Of a DNA stretch of 64,000 bases, positions 11,901-26,539 are shown one piece after another. The notes under the pieces were generated by a model, which saw only the letters and a list, made by a program, of their open reading frames with translations, was not told where the DNA came from and ran no database searches. The DNA is from Lingula anatina (Eukaryota; Animalia; Brachiopoda). Position 1 is the first letter of the stretch; each line of letters opens with the position of its first letter. Position numbers and translations under genes: made by a program. Location: NCBI GenBank assembly GCA_051362555.1, contig CM120643.1, positions 21,270,848-21,334,847 of the forward strand, in the 5' to 3' direction.

Positions 11901-14900
11901 CAGACATATATTTTGTACTGGGTTTGACCCAACTTTTGTACCAAAGGTTTTCACCAATACTTTATACTGGATTGAATTTATTTTGGGTCCGTTTTAAATT
12001 GTAACTTCCAGGTTATCCAGCAGGTGGTTGTTAATTTCCAGCACGTCTTCACTCCACTTCGGAACATGTTTAGCCCAACCTTTCTCCAGAATCTCATACT
12101 CGAGAATGACTTCGTAAATATGTTTTATGCACCTTACAATTCGCTGACGGAGAAGGAAACCAAAGCAGTGACACGCACTGGAAGGGTGCCAAAGAGTTGG
12201 GACAGCGGAAATGATTTAGTGCTGATAAGGTATCTGTGACTGCATTTATCCATGGCCAAATCTGTTCACAACACCTTTTTCCATTTTAAACTTAAGATTT
12301 AAATTCAGTTTATTACTAAAACTCTGCATTAAAAACTGATACTGATATTATTTACATTGCTTTATTGATAAAATGCTATCAAATAATTATATACTAATCA
12401 CAAGTACTTTAATTCAATTCAATTCAATTCAATTTATTTCTGTACTGGTACATAGATTGTCATGACCTTGTACAATATGATATACAAATGATGATACAAT
12501 ACAGTTAGTGTATTACCATCTTTATATAATGAAGATAAGTACTAGTAAAATTACTCATAAAATATTCTATCTAAGCATTGAGATAAACCTTGGTGTGATT
12601 ATAAATTTACCATAAACATACTATAAACATGTTACACAAAAAGAATATGTTTTTAAAGAACTTAAAACCACCGTTACATAGCTGTTTACATGGCTGTTTG
12701 ATGACATTGATAATTACGATTAATGACAATTACATAAGACATATAAGTAAATAAGTTACACAGATATAAATATTGTGCCATGTTCAGTCCCACTGCCGAG
12801 TCACTTCTCACAACAGTGGGACCATACACTGACATTTTAAGGGATATGCTAAGAGTTACCAAGCAGAGCAACCACTTCACTTCTTTTCTTAAATGATTTG
12901 ATTATAAAGTTGGAGAGGGACACTAAAGTATCTTTGTTGGCACTGTTAAATACATCTGTTGGCACTGTTTAATTCCATCATCTTCATTAATGTCAAGTAT
13001 GTTAATTATCTAAATAAGTCTGCAATTAATGCCGAGTTATTTAAAATGGAATGTTTCAGTTTCAAAGCGATACCGATTAAATGTCAAAGATTATATGAAC
13101 CTTGTGTAAAATAGAGCTAGTCAGTGTTTTGCATGACTACACCTGTAAAGGGGCATGTGATGCGATATAAGCTGAAGGTCGAAAGTTTAACTTATGGGCA
13201 TTTTATACTTATATGTATATATAAAAGTTCCAGACGCAAGGTCATTGAAAGCAAAACCGCACGCAAAAGCAATGTGCTATAAACTTTGTATAATTAGGTC
13301 ATTAAGATGGTGTAAGCAGTAATAGCGTTAAGAGTAAACATTTGAATCCATTTATTATAATCTATAAATTATGCTAAAATTGAAAAAGACAAAATATCAT
13401 AGGATATGATTATGTTAATAATGCTCGTCTTTCTAACTTCGTCCACTTTTAATTTCTTCTTTTTTTCTGGTTATCCCAAATTTTTTTATGCAATAAGTAA
13501 ATCAATGTCATCTTATTGCAACTGCCACCCTATACAAATATTAATGACAGACCTCTGCTTCCCTATACAAATAGCTAGTTCATAAGTTGTTGCTTGGAAT
13601 TAGCAAAACAATTTGGCAGACTTGAAAAACATCCTCCCATTCCAAACCCACACATTTTAATCTGACATAAAACACGTAGTTTTCATTTCCTAAATTTAAG
13701 TTCAGAGGGATGGTGTTCTTTCCAAAACGGTTATTTATTGTCTCATGGCTTTTCCAGGATCATAAATCAAACCTCTGCCAAAGTGAATTTTGAAGGCAAA
13801 AGGCCACCGTCCGTCTCAAAAATCATGTATAATAAGGTATATATATATATAAATATATGTTTAAATGTTTTGAGTCTTGCGTCTTAATTCCGCAACACAT
13901 TTGATGGATACAAGATTTTGCCAAGTGAGGGGTAGGCCAAAAGGATGGAAAGTTGTCTCGAAAATTGAAAATGTTAGATAAAGGATAAGTTCACATTTTT
14001 TTTTTCGTATTCAACACAACACAGGGATACAAAACTTACTTGCCTTTGTCTCTGTTCGTTTGTTGAACGCGCAAGGGGGGGGGGATTATGGGGAGCTAAG
14101 AGCACCTCTAAAGCTAAGAGTTGGGAGGGGGCAGTTCCCTTCCCCTGGATTGGCTAAAATAACCATGTGCTTGATATTATATTAATAAATTGTCATGAAG
14201 TGAAAATGTTTCTTTTTCTTTTAAATTTGAAACAATATTCACTATTCATACTGAAATTCTCCTTTTGTGATGAGGTTTGTGTGACTGTTTGTGTACTAAA
14301 TATTTTATATTCTCTTTTCACAGAGGTCAGATATAAAAATGTATCAAAATCGATAATATAGACACTTAATTGCCTATTAGTAAGACATTAAACTGTCTAA
14401 TATTTTATCATTATTCACAAAACCCTGGATGTTTGAAAATGTGACTTGTCATTGGTATGTATCTAGTCATGAGAAAAACTTTCCACCTCAATGCCGTATT
14501 CAATAGATCAAGTGTTCTGGTATACTGCCTTACAATGCTAACCTTAGTATGCAAAAAAAGGAAATGAATGAAGATAAAACTTAACTTTCAATTTCTTTAG
14601 GCTGCATTCGAAGCACAACTTTCTTTTCCCGTCTCTGTTCTGAAAAACCTCACAGAGGTATTGTTCTACAACATTACCGGGTTCCCAGCGGATGACAGTA
14701 TGGAATATGTGATGGTTGATCCGAATTTCACCAATGGTGCAGCAGGAATGCAGGTTAGACATACAGTACCTCAATAAAATAGACCCCAATAAAACATCTT
14801 CTAGTTCCTCCGCCCCTTGCGATATAGTGTTGTGAATCTACATTTTATTTTTATACGAAGATAAGTACTGGTGTACTAAGTATGAGTGTATCTTGAAACA

Positions 14901-16466
14901 GCATTCCTTGTGACCAAACAAATGAAATCATTTGGACGTTGCGTAACCTTCGTTATGTTATAATCGACAAATGTATGTTTTGGAAAGAGAAAAGGATGCA
15001 TGTCTCCCCCTCTTAAAATGCCTTTGAATTTATTTGAATTGTTAAATTGTTATTGTGTTGAGTTGCTGTTATAGCTATAATAAATTACAAATAATAATCA
15101 GTTACCCAACGTTATTTAGTATGCTGTCACTCGGAGCTTACGTGGTTTAAGCTAATTGCACTATTGCTGCATTGCAACGGCACTCACTGTTGAATATAAA
15201 TTGCTTGCAAATTCTTTGTAGTTTTCAGTCTTTCTTTGTCATTTTGAATATATATAATGAAGAATTTATTCTGCGTAGTACACAAAGTACAAGAGGGAGG
15301 CAGGCGAACCTGCATACCTAGATAAAATCATTGACTTCGGGGGGGGGGGGGGCTGTAGCACACCCAATATTGAAAACCTCACTGAGCCCTTTCTAAATTT
15401 AAAAACGCAGAATGTCTTCCCTTTGCGCCTGAACAAATGGCACAAGAATCCGTGAAGGAAATTCATCTTTATCTCCAGGTTTTATCGTCCCTGTTGAATA
15501 GAGCGTCCTACCTGAAGGGTATACAGCCAGTGCAGGAGGCATTGTTCAGGTGGTTCAAAGGCGCAGACTGCCTTCTCTGCCCAGCGTCAGAGTCTCAGGA
15601 TCGTGGGAAGCATGGGAAGGCTGACGACTTTGAGCATTATGCGTCTTTTCACATCCATAGTCAACCAACCTCTTCAATGCATATAATTAAGTACCAAACA
15701 TTCGAAAGAGCGGTATGTATTATCACGTGTCTTATTTTCATGCAGGGGGCGTTTGACCTTTCTACAGCAATAATTTGTTTTTTGTTTCTTGCTTTTTGTT
15801 TTATACAGGTGGATAAACAGATACCAAAACGAGACCAAGTGCAGTATATTATTTCGGTTTTATACATGTATTAGATCCACATAAACTTCTTTCTAATAGG
15901 GTCAGATACTTGCAGATAGCCTTATATCTCAGTATTACTTAGTTTGAATTTGTGAGATAGCTCATTTAGTTTAAAAGATAGTCACGTTTTAGTTATATCA
16001 TGTTTGCCAGTTTTAAGACGTCATTTTCAAAATGAGTTAAAAGTTGTCTAAATATTGATTTTCAATCCTTAATTGTAACTCAGGCACTAGCAATTGGCCA
16101 TACAAAAATATAGTAGCTAGGCAAGAATACGTAGATTAAGCTTTGGTCTAGGATTTTGTAAAAAAGAGTTAAATACTGTTATGTTCTAATTCGTTACACT
16201 CAAACGAACATAAAATATTTATAGTATAAAGACAGACACAGTGTTAGGGGTGGAAGCGCTCGTTTCGTTCCGTGTGCTTTATTTCCAGTTGAAAGTATTG
16301 CCATAAATACAGTCATTGGTGAACATTGAAAACCGTAATTATATTCTTGCTATTATTATTATTATTATTTTAACAAACTTTGAACGAAATGATTAAAATA
16401 AATAAATGTAAAACGGAAATCTTTTTTAAAAGGGTAATGAAATAAAAATGATAATGATCAGTTCTT

Positions 16467-16501
<35 letters not shown>

Positions 16502-17728
16502 AAACTCCATCTTGCTTTGTCTTCTGCCGTACCAGGATCCGAGCTGAAAAATTAAAACGTTCTGATATGAAATAAATAAAACACTAAAAAGCTTGAACTA
16601 AGACTAAAACTAATTTCTCTATTCTTTCTAATCTTAACTTATCGTATCTCGTATTTATTTATAAAATATATTTATTCAAACAAACAAACTTAACATTTTT
16701 TTTTAATTGATAAAGTAAAAATCCTTCAAATTGACTGGGTGGGAGGGAATTATAAATATTCTCTGCTTGCATCACGGAATGCGAAAGAGCCTTCGAATGA
16801 CCTAACTCTCAAATCTACTTTTCCTCATCACCTTCTATTTGATAATACTACTCAAGTGACCAGTCACATAATGTTAACACCACTCAGACCATACTGGACA
16901 GTTCACACATAAACATCACGTGTCTGCGTACCCACAACAAATATATTACATTACACGTAAAAAAGGTTGACAAATACGGGCAGTAGGAGGAAGTACAATT
17001 CAATACGGTTTGGTCAAAAGCTATATATAGGCTACCAGTTGAGCTTTGCCGCCTCAAAATGGCTTATACTGCTGAACAAGAGGGGTATTATATAAATACA
17101 AAAAAAAAATGCTTTTAAAAAACTGACATGGTAGTTAAAAGCCTTAGTTTTGTCCATTAACATGAATGTGTTTCGTCTTCCCCCCTCCTGGTTTTGCTGA
17201 CTTTTGAATCAAAATCGAAAGCTTATCCTTTAATATATATATATATTTCGACCTGTCCTAGATCTACAAAACATTGCCTACGTAGTAGTATCAAAAGCTC
17301 CTTTTTGTAACATGTCGAAGCAGGCCAGTTCTCGATGCAGTAGTTGAGAAGCAACACGCAATCTAGAAACAGGTAGAAAACATAAACTTGCTGGGCACTT
17401 ATATTGCGGTTTATGACAACGAAAAGCTGGCGCTACTAAGAACGTATACTTGTGTTAACGGTAGCCATGTGTATACTATACTTGTTGGGTAAAAGTCATT
17501 GTAAATTATCCGAATTTCCAGCTTGTGACAGAGTGGGATAAAATTGGTCAGTACGGGCGACCTCACTGGGGAAAGGGACTTCACGTATTTCCAGCCTTAA
17601 AGGAACGACTGGGATCAATCTACGGCGACGACTTGGAAAAGTTCAAGGCCGTCCGAAAAGAACTTGACCCATCGGGAGTTTTTAGCAACGTTTTCTTGAG
17701 AGAATTATTTGATATTAAAAGACAGTGA
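8975..17728 (+). CDS. FAD-linked oxidase, L-gulonolactone oxidase/ALO-like, paralog 2 (complete, ~526 aa)
   Basis: Exons 8975-9026, 10308-10462, 10705-10866, 11012-11164, 11696-11863, 12012-12229, 13758-13836, 14601-14753, 15479-15712 and 17522-17728, all GT-AG, 1581 nt in frame. Motifs: FSNW..., P-x-T-x-E-E, VRAVGSAH (FAD-His), VKVAAGVT, TIGGAVATSAH, LVDGRG, HLGLLGI, GRPHWGK, LDPSGVFSN. Confidence 0.9.
12409..12965 (-). mobile_element. 5'-truncated non-LTR retrotransposon (LINE) 3' remnant in intron 6 of paralog 2
   Basis: The minus strand ends in gaaataaa(ttgaa)n (plus strand aattcaattcaattcaattcaatttatttc). Upstream, the minus frame reads TDVFNSANKDTLVSLSNFIIKSFKKR, which resembles LINE ORF2 C-termini. 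The 5' boundary is approximate. Confidence 0.55.
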
Positions 17729-18596
17729 TTCCTCTTTTAATTTTATTGTTATTGTGTAATTTCCTTTTTTTTTTCAAATACATGTACTTACTACTTGAGT
17801 GGCTCGGCCACTACATTGTTGCGGACGCTACAGAGATACAGACACTACAGGGTCACGGGCATGACATGGAAAATATATTGAGTGTAGAATTTCTGCAGTG
17901 AATTAATGCACATGTTAATTGTTTGAACATTTTAGTGTCAGTTGGCATTTTGTATCCCTGGTATTCGCATTTAAATTCTCCATGTCATTAAACCTGTTAT
18001 ACATGTAGATTTTCATGGGATATGAATGCAAAGATATTTCCTTCTAGTAATTTGGGGAAACAAGTTATTGATATGCTGAATTAGAGAAATATTTAACGAT
18101 TGGTCATACGCGAAAATGGTTGAATTCGGACGGAAACATCTTATCAGCATAACAAACCTTCAGAAGAAAAAGGAACATTGTGGAAACATTCTAAACTTTT
18201 GTTTGGAAACTGAAATCAATGTAAGTATTTCAGAAAGATGCGTACGTATACAGTATTGGAATGGTCAGGCAGCACACACGTTTCAATAAAATATCTTTAT
18301 GTCTGCTCAATACTTTTTTGAGAAGTGTAATAGTAACGGTTATTACAGTAACTGATTATAAATATTCACGATGGGTGTGTCTCACAAACCTGTTTGAACA
18401 CTGAAAAAATAAAGATGTTGTTGTTTATTCAACATTATAGTAGAGGGTATAAACTTTTGTACAGGTTGACTGTGACCAGACTGATAAAGTTTTGTAGGAA
18501 CAACCTAACTGTCCACATTATTTCGTCACGCTCTGTTTGTGCACATGTCATGAATGGAATTCGTGTAAATTGAACAACGAAGAAAGGCTGTCCAAG

Positions 18597-21500
18597 ATGG
18601 TGACCCCACCGATCTCCTGCCTATACGCCTGTCTGCTGTTTAAACCAGGTAAAAATTGGGTAAAATATTAAACTAAAACATTATGAAGTTCATTTTGCTA
18701 GGTAATATGTCTCCTTTAGATCAAACTGATGTCATTTCTCTACGTTTACGGAGTTGAGCGTATGCACTTCACTTTGGTTTGGATAAAAGGAGGTCACTTT
18801 AGGTGAATATGTAACCCATGCTACCGGTATAGTAACGTCCTACATCAATCTCTCTCTCTCTCTGTGATATAGGTTGTTAGTTGTTTGGCGCATTAAGCAT
18901 AATAATACGGGCGCAGTGTTAAGTATAACAACTGTTATTTTATTTTTTATTTATTTTTTTATTATTTATTTATTTTTTTTTTTTGGGGGGGGGTAGTGCC
19001 GTAAAACGTTTTATCCTGGGGTAAACGACGGTTTACCCACACTTACCAATTGTCAATGAATCCGTTCCGATAATCCAAGTCAGCCCATGTTAGTTTATTT
19101 TTTGTTAATATCTCTTAGGAGATAATCATGGAGGGTAGCCACCTATGAAGGTCCACTACGAGTTGTTTACAATGTATTTATTGTGAAATATGAAACTCAT
19201 AAGAAGAGTTGTTATCCCTTTAAATTAGAAGTAAATGGGTTTCTATGGCAGGAGGAAACGTAAATAAAACACGAAAAAGTTTAACCGTTATGCTTGACCT
19301 GTTTACTTGTCATACACTGATTTACATGTTTAACAGGGCCGATTCGTGTTCATCCTTGGATGATATATGAGTATCGCCTCAAATAAACTGTAACTGTTTT
19401 GATTCGATACAAAATCACCTTGAATTAAAATACCAGTTTCAAAGTGAATTACTTACGAAAAACAGCGAATTTGCACCGTTGTGCAACAGACTTATTAGAC
19501 AGAATTGAAGAGAAATCAACAACAAAAAATCCGTGGTTAAATTTTGTTAGCTTTTAATGTCTGCCGAGACACATTTGCTAGTCTGCCAATAATAACCCTG
19601 GCAGTTCTGCCAATATTTCTGATCCTAACACCTTTAAATCTCTCGAAATCTTCCTTGCCTTAAAGCTAAACCGCGAGCCCTTGGATTATCCCACATTGTC
19701 CCATTGAATAAATTTTGAAACAAACACCTATTTTAATGCATATTCGTAAGTCATTTTATCTAGTAGTTTACTAATAAATTAATGGTGTTCTTTATTCGCT
19801 GAGCGACCCTTTAGGTCTTTTTGTTCATATTATTCAGGTCATATTATTTCATTATTATTCTAACGAAATGTTTATTTGTTTTTTCATAAGAACTTGCGAC
19901 GCTGCCACAGTTATTGGTAATACAGAGCTGCCTGCAGGAATTTATTGGTCCATCGCCAACGGTCCTACTTGAGCCGTTCTCTAATTGGCAGAAAGTCGTC
20001 ACTTATGATCACGTGTTCGTGACGAGACCAAAGTCAGCTGAGGAGGTACAGCTAAGTATCACTGTTGTAATGTAAATGATACTGCCAACATATGTTTTTC
20101 AAATGTTTAATACGACCTTAAATGCCTTTCGTTATCATTCAGAATTGACAGCAGTTACAAATGTGCTTTGAAAATATATTATTTTTAACGTATATGATAA
20201 TCTTCGTAGGCCTATATTTAGACATTGATAACATGTAAATTTTTGTCGATTCTAAAAATTTAAACGCAGTTATTTAAGTGAATTACATTATTTTCTAAAG
20301 ATACAGAGAACTGTCTTGGCTGCCGTAACTTGCGGGATACAAGTAAGCGCCGTGGGCAGCGCACATACCGCTGATCAAGTTTGGGGTGGTCGAGGACATG
20401 TCCATATCAGAACGTCCGAGTTGACCCTAGAAGGAGGAAAGAGGGTGATATTGCTGCCCAAGGTAGGTGTTCTATTTCTCCGATGTCGTATATATTTGAG
20501 GTATATCTAGTCTCATTCAAATGACACATTATTATTATTTTTATGTATACTGAGCTTTTTGGAATGTAGGCTACCAATGACAGCACTAATGCAAGAATCG
20601 GACTGTGCAACTCCAAACACATAAGAAAAGGCATACCAGAGTAAAACTTAGTACATGTACTTACAATTGTCATTTAAATGGAATAACATTTTGGAGGTCG
20701 TTTTGTCCATCATTTTGAAAATCGACAATGTCGTAAGAAAAATTGTTAGATTCGTATTAAGCATCAAATTTTGCATCTGTAAGAAAAAAAAACACTGTTA
20801 TGAAAACATTGGAGTTACCCCCTACCATTTTCATACAGGCCTTCCAGTACACATGATTAAATGAACCATACTTGCTATTACAGATTGCAGCGAACAATGT
20901 CCCTACCGTGAAAGTTGCGGCAGGCGTCACCCAGGCAGAGTTGAAGCATGAGCTCGCCGAGCATGGCTATGTCTTTCATCCGGGTCCTCTCATTGGAGAA
21001 GTTACGATAGGGGGAGCTATTGCAACTGCATCACATGTATGGCACGTTTACCATTACGCTTTATTTCTTCCGTCGTAAATTTATATATTTTAATTTATGG
21101 ACCTTTTTTTGAGGCAATGTATAAGGACGCAGTTCTGTTACATTGTATCTACTTATATCCATGAATGCATTTACGTTCCATAGCGTCTTTATAAATGCTA
21201 TATTTCATATTCATATCCAAACTGTTGACCCTGAAGACTGTTTTTCCATATTCAAATCCACAGCCATCCATCTGGAAGTTTGTCGAACCTTGCAGAGCGA
21301 GTTTCGTGTCCAAAAAAGCAAAACACCCAACTCACAATATTTGTTTTAGTTTGTTCATGAATTGTTATCCTATTTTGAACATATCAATATAGAAATAATG
21401 TTTTACAATAATTTTTCCACGAAATTGTGATTTTTGTACTCTTGGATGTGATTTTTACAACATGGAACCTCGTTCATGCAGATTGCAAGCCCTTCTGAAT

Positions 21501-24251
21501 TTTAAATTTAAAAAAGTGTGGTTTGATGTCTATATATGTTTTGACTGTTTGAACCTTTTCTTAGAATGGGTTCTACCATGAACCGTCGATAGGTGGCTAT
21601 ATGACCGGAGGCAAGCTTGTTGATGGCCGTGGAGACATTAGAGAATTCAGCGAAAGCTCAGATGCGGATGTATTGAAAGCGTTAAGATGCAATTTAGGGA
21701 TGCTTGGGATTTTATTTGAAATTGAAATGACAGTAAGTGACAGTGCTTTTTTATTTTTAATAGATATATCTAATTGGTTTGTCTTATCTAACCTTATGCA
21801 TACATGTATAGCAAGCTTTCAATCTTCTTTTCTACAGCGACGCCGAATGTGAATTATGCCTGCTGATAATACATTCGGCTTAATCGGATAAAACCGTAGA
21901 ATGGTAGATTGTAATATAGTGAAGTTTCTTATTTACTTTACACCAGTGATGTGCATCAGTTTACGCACACACAGCTTATCTTAGTATTTTTAATTTATCT
22001 AAAGTAAAATAATAAAGGTTAAACTAAAACTGTACATGTTTGGCCGTGTATGAGGTTACAAGATCAGAGACTAGTCTTGTAAAATAACTTAAGCCCGCAA
22101 ACTGGTTTTAAAATTTAGATCAAATCATTAGTCTTGTTTGACCAAATATAAATCTGTTGTCCAACTTAATGAACTATTGTACATATTTAATTGCTGACTG
22201 ATAATACACAGTTTGTGTCAGACCAACACTTATTTTATTTTAGTGAACTTCTTTGGAATTTATCCTGAACTGAAGTTTTTTGTCTAAAGTTTCTAACATT
22301 CTGAGGCAAATTTTCGAGCTAAAGGTATTATGTGGCCCTGTTTTAAAATATTACTTCCAGGTTATCCAGCAGGTACAAGTAAACGTCCAAACCGCCTTCA
22401 CACCACTTCGGAACTTATTTAGTCCAGCCTTTATTCGGGATCTCGTACCGGAAAATTACTTCGTGAATATGTTTTACGCACCGTACAACTCACTTACGGA
22501 AGAAGAAGCCAGAGCAGTGTTGCGTACAGGAAGAGTACCAAAAAGTTGGGACAGCAGGAATGATTTAGTGCTGATATGGTAACGGTGTTTCAATTTATCT
22601 ATGCCCAGAACTGTTTACAATATTTGTTTGTACTCAAAATGCCAGATATCTACTTGGTTTAAAATACCTACAATTCATTTCACTTATTTATCTATTTATT
22701 TGACGTATATCCATCTGAAACACTTCACTACATGTCATTCGAATATAAGGATGCCTTCTTTATTTTTTTTTCATTTAATTATAGTAGTTCATTTAGGTAT
22801 AACAGTACTTCATGTATAAAAACCTTATTCCATAGCATTTGGAAATATAAATGCTTAAAGGTCCAATACATCCCCTTCCTTCATGCAACAACTGAAAAAA
22901 AGAAAATGTTGAAATATATGCAATATGTCTGCCTATTAAGTCATATTCCCAGCAAATACAGAATGTTATTATAACGTTGAAATAACGTTTATATGACCGA
23001 AAAAACGTTTTGGTAACGTTCTGTGTTTGTTGTGTTGATAGTGTTGGTCTTTTGTTTTCTTCTTTTTCTGGCCTACCAACATTATACAGGGTTCATTACA
23101 GCCACATTGCCTATATTTTGTAAGAGTTACAATGACGATATAATGGCAAGAAAGGAATGCCTTCTGTCAGCTGTGTGTTAACACATTAACGGTGACAAAT
23201 AGTTGCGAAGAGAGCAGTAAACGACTTTAACTACATGGGGTTACGCAAAACAGTTTTATACACTTGAAAGGGGTCTTTTCCATCCCAAACACAGAAATTG
23301 CAATCTAACATAATACACAAAGTAAACATTTCATTAAAGGAGGATGGTTTTATTTCAAGAGTAGTTCTTATCACATCCCATTACATTTCAAGGGTCATGA
23401 ACCCAACGACTATCAAGATGAATTTTGAAGACGAAAGGCCCTCCTCCGTCCCAGACGTCACGGCTGTCTCTCTTAGTCAGGTATTTCTGTTTTAAAGCCA
23501 CACTAAAGGCCTAATTTAGCAAAATATTAATTTTCCGGAAAATGAGCTACATCTCTTCTCTTTGTTTTAAATCCCTAGAATTGATCTTATCGTAATGTGT
23601 CACATATTATGATTCATAAATACGTTTTGGGGGTTTAGATTTCTGAGATTCTGAGAATTTAGATTTTTTAGCTACTTTCGAAATAATGATGGTTGTAGCT
23701 GTATTTCACTCTCAACGGTAAAAATAGTACATTTAGAACTCGACAGGATATAAATGTACAAAGGTGATGAAGAGTAAAGTGCTGGCACCAAAGCCTGTAA
23801 GAAAATGCAAGATTGGTTTGTTTTTAATTGATAGGATTGACATCGCATTAATATTGTGAAAAACGTCACATTTTACATTATGGCGTTGTATTATCAACTG
23901 CTCTGGTTTATTGTCTTACATTGGTAGTCCTGGTGTACAAAAAGGGGGGATAGAAAAGGAATAACACTTTACTTTCAATTTTACTAGGATGTGTTCAAAG
24001 ACGAGCTCTCTTTTCCTGTATCCGTTGTACAAAACCTCACCCAAGCGGCGCACGTCTCCATTGACGGAGTCCCGGAAGTTACCAATATGGAGTACACGAT
24101 CGCTGATCCTAATTTTACCACAGGGTCAGCGGCTTTACAGGTTAGACAAAAGGAACTCACAAAAAATATTCAACAAAATTACCTTATATTTTCTTCTCTA
24201 TTCTGCATTGTGAATTTGCATGCATGCCATTCTTGTGTTGATAAACTGTTC

Positions 24252-24292
<41 letters not shown>

Positions 24293-25150
24293 TGACTCTT
24301 TATCCACGTCTGTCAAAACCACGGGAAGTTAAACTGCCCCACTCACTCACCACCCCACCAGCCGATAAAATAGTTTTTGAAATGATTATCCAAACTACGC
24401 CCCTATTTTTAAATAGAAAATTACTACCTTATCACCTGCAAGAAAAGTACAGATGCATAGCCAGTACATCTGTAACGTAAATTCGTCTTTATATTCAGGC
24501 TTTATCGTCCTTGTTGAATAGAGCGTCCTACCTGAAGGGTATACAGCCAGTGCAGGAGGCATTGTTCAGATGGTTCAAAGGGGCAGACTGCCTCCTCTGT
24601 ACAGAGTCTGAGACTGGGGGTCACAGGGAACATGGAAAGGCTGGAGAGTTCGGTCATTATGCATCTTTTCACATTCATAACAGACCAACTACCACATCGG
24701 AATTAATGCGGTTCCATGCATTCGAAACAGCCGTATGTATCGACTTGTTTTTTTATGAGCATTAAATTCATATAGCAAAAAAATTAATTTTAATGAGGAT
24801 GTAAACATTTTTTTTAATTTCCTCACCATGGTTGACAAAATTAAAGTATTGATGAATATTCGCAAATATTAACTTAGTTTTTAGAATATAAAATCCTAAT
24901 AATATCAACCTTTTTGTCAAATGAAATCCCATTTAAAACGTGAAATCATGAAATAATTGTAAAAAAATTCAATTATGAAATTCCATTGAAAGATGTGTCT
25001 TTAGTTCGTTTTAGAAGCCTAAGGGAGAGAAATACTACACAATGAAACCGGAATAGCATTCCATTTGTTTCGTGCTGGTACCACGAACAATTTGTAACTG
25101 TATGTAACAAGCGTATATAGCTAAGCGAATCAAGCATGGTACATTCATGT

Positions 25151-25181
<31 letters not shown>

Positions 25182-25486
25182 TAAGCCTACTTATTTGGTG
25201 CACTTATAGACGTACTAATCTAAATATGTAAAATACCCTAATGTCAACAAAATTGAATGAAAACGACAATTTTTTTCAGCTTGTGACGGAATGGGATAAG
25301 CTTGGTCAGTACGGGAGACCTCACTGGGGAAAAGAACTTCACGTATTCCCAGCCTTAAAGGAACGCCTGAGGTCCAGTTACGGCGACAACTTGGATAAAT
25401 TTAAGGCCGTCCAAAGAGAACTTGATCCTTCTGGGGTGTTCACCAACGTTTTCTTGAGAGAATTATTTGATATAACCAAACAGTGA
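18597..25486 (+). CDS. FAD-linked oxidase, L-gulonolactone oxidase/ALO-like, paralog 3 (complete, ~529 aa)
   Basis: Exons 18597-18648, 19891-20045, 20301-20462, 20884-21036, 21565-21732, 22361-22578, 23393-23480, 23988-24140, 24499-24732 and 25280-25486, all GT-AG, 1590 nt in frame. Motifs: VGSAH, TIGGAIATASH, NLGMLGI, MEY, GRPHWGK, LDPSGVFTN. Confidence 0.9.
24252..24290. repeat. (TAT)n microsatellite
   Basis: Direct inspection; it produces the poly-Y and poly-I artefacts in the ORF track. Confidence 0.95.
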
Positions 25487-26539
25487 TTCAAACAGACCAC
25501 GAACAGTAATCAGTTACGTAATGGGGCAGTTAAGTTGTCGATTTCTGAAATACATGAAATATGTATCCATAAGCAATCAACGTGCATGCGACTCTTTTTT
25601 CACATATCGCACATTTGTATTGTCTACATGTAGAGATGTACTGTTTGAATGTTCTCTGACTAAAAAACTGAGAGAGCAGTATCAGTTGTTCAACTTCAAC
25701 AGTGTATATGAGTAATGTAACGGTCCTGTGAAAGTTGTTATGGATTCTGTGTAATAATATTGGCGGTATGTACCGGTACATGTATAATATCGTTATAAGC
25801 ATCATTTTTAATAATCTCTATGCACTTTTGTGTGGTTTTTCTTGTGCATTGTATGCTTAATATTTGTTGTCACGCCGTAACAGATAATAAACTATTACTA
25901 CTAAACATTAAAATGTGACAAAATTCGGTTTATAGAAATTGGGGCAATTAAAATCACAAGCCAGTAGGCAGAAAGTAGCGATGAGTTTAAAGAAAACGCG
26001 TGTGCTGGTTCGATTAGCATTAAGGTATATTGTTGTTATACATAACACTTCAGCTTTCCCTTGATACAATCTGGCCATCACTGATATTTTTAACCGATAA
26101 AGTTTTTATTCATAAGCTCAATGTTGGACAATTGCTGCATCTAATGGGTCCTAAGGTAGGTCAAGGCAATTGTAGATATCTGCATCTACCTATAGGTCGT
26201 TTGCCAAACCTCTGCAGTCGAGCCATCATTACACTCAGCCTGATTTATATACAGAATATATGTATAATGTGTACCAAACAATGCACTGCCCACAAGCCCG
26301 ATATACACGATAGCATCCCAAGCGACGACGAGGCACGCTATCGTGTATATCGGATTTGGGGGTAGCAGTGCATTCTTTGCCATACATGTATGTGCATACA
26401 AAGGGGAATCGTACCCTCTACCAGGGTGGCGGATTATATAGCGTAAAATGGGAGAGTAAAATAACCGTCTATTTATCTTAAGACACATCTTTGAACATCC
26501 TGTGAAAAGTCAATCTGTGGCCCAGGTAGAGGGTAGGAA

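Noticed and set aside
25320-25340. HWGKE in paralog 3 versus HWGKG in the others as an inactivating change
   Set aside because: The residue after HW(G/A)K is variable in the ALO family and the frame is intact.
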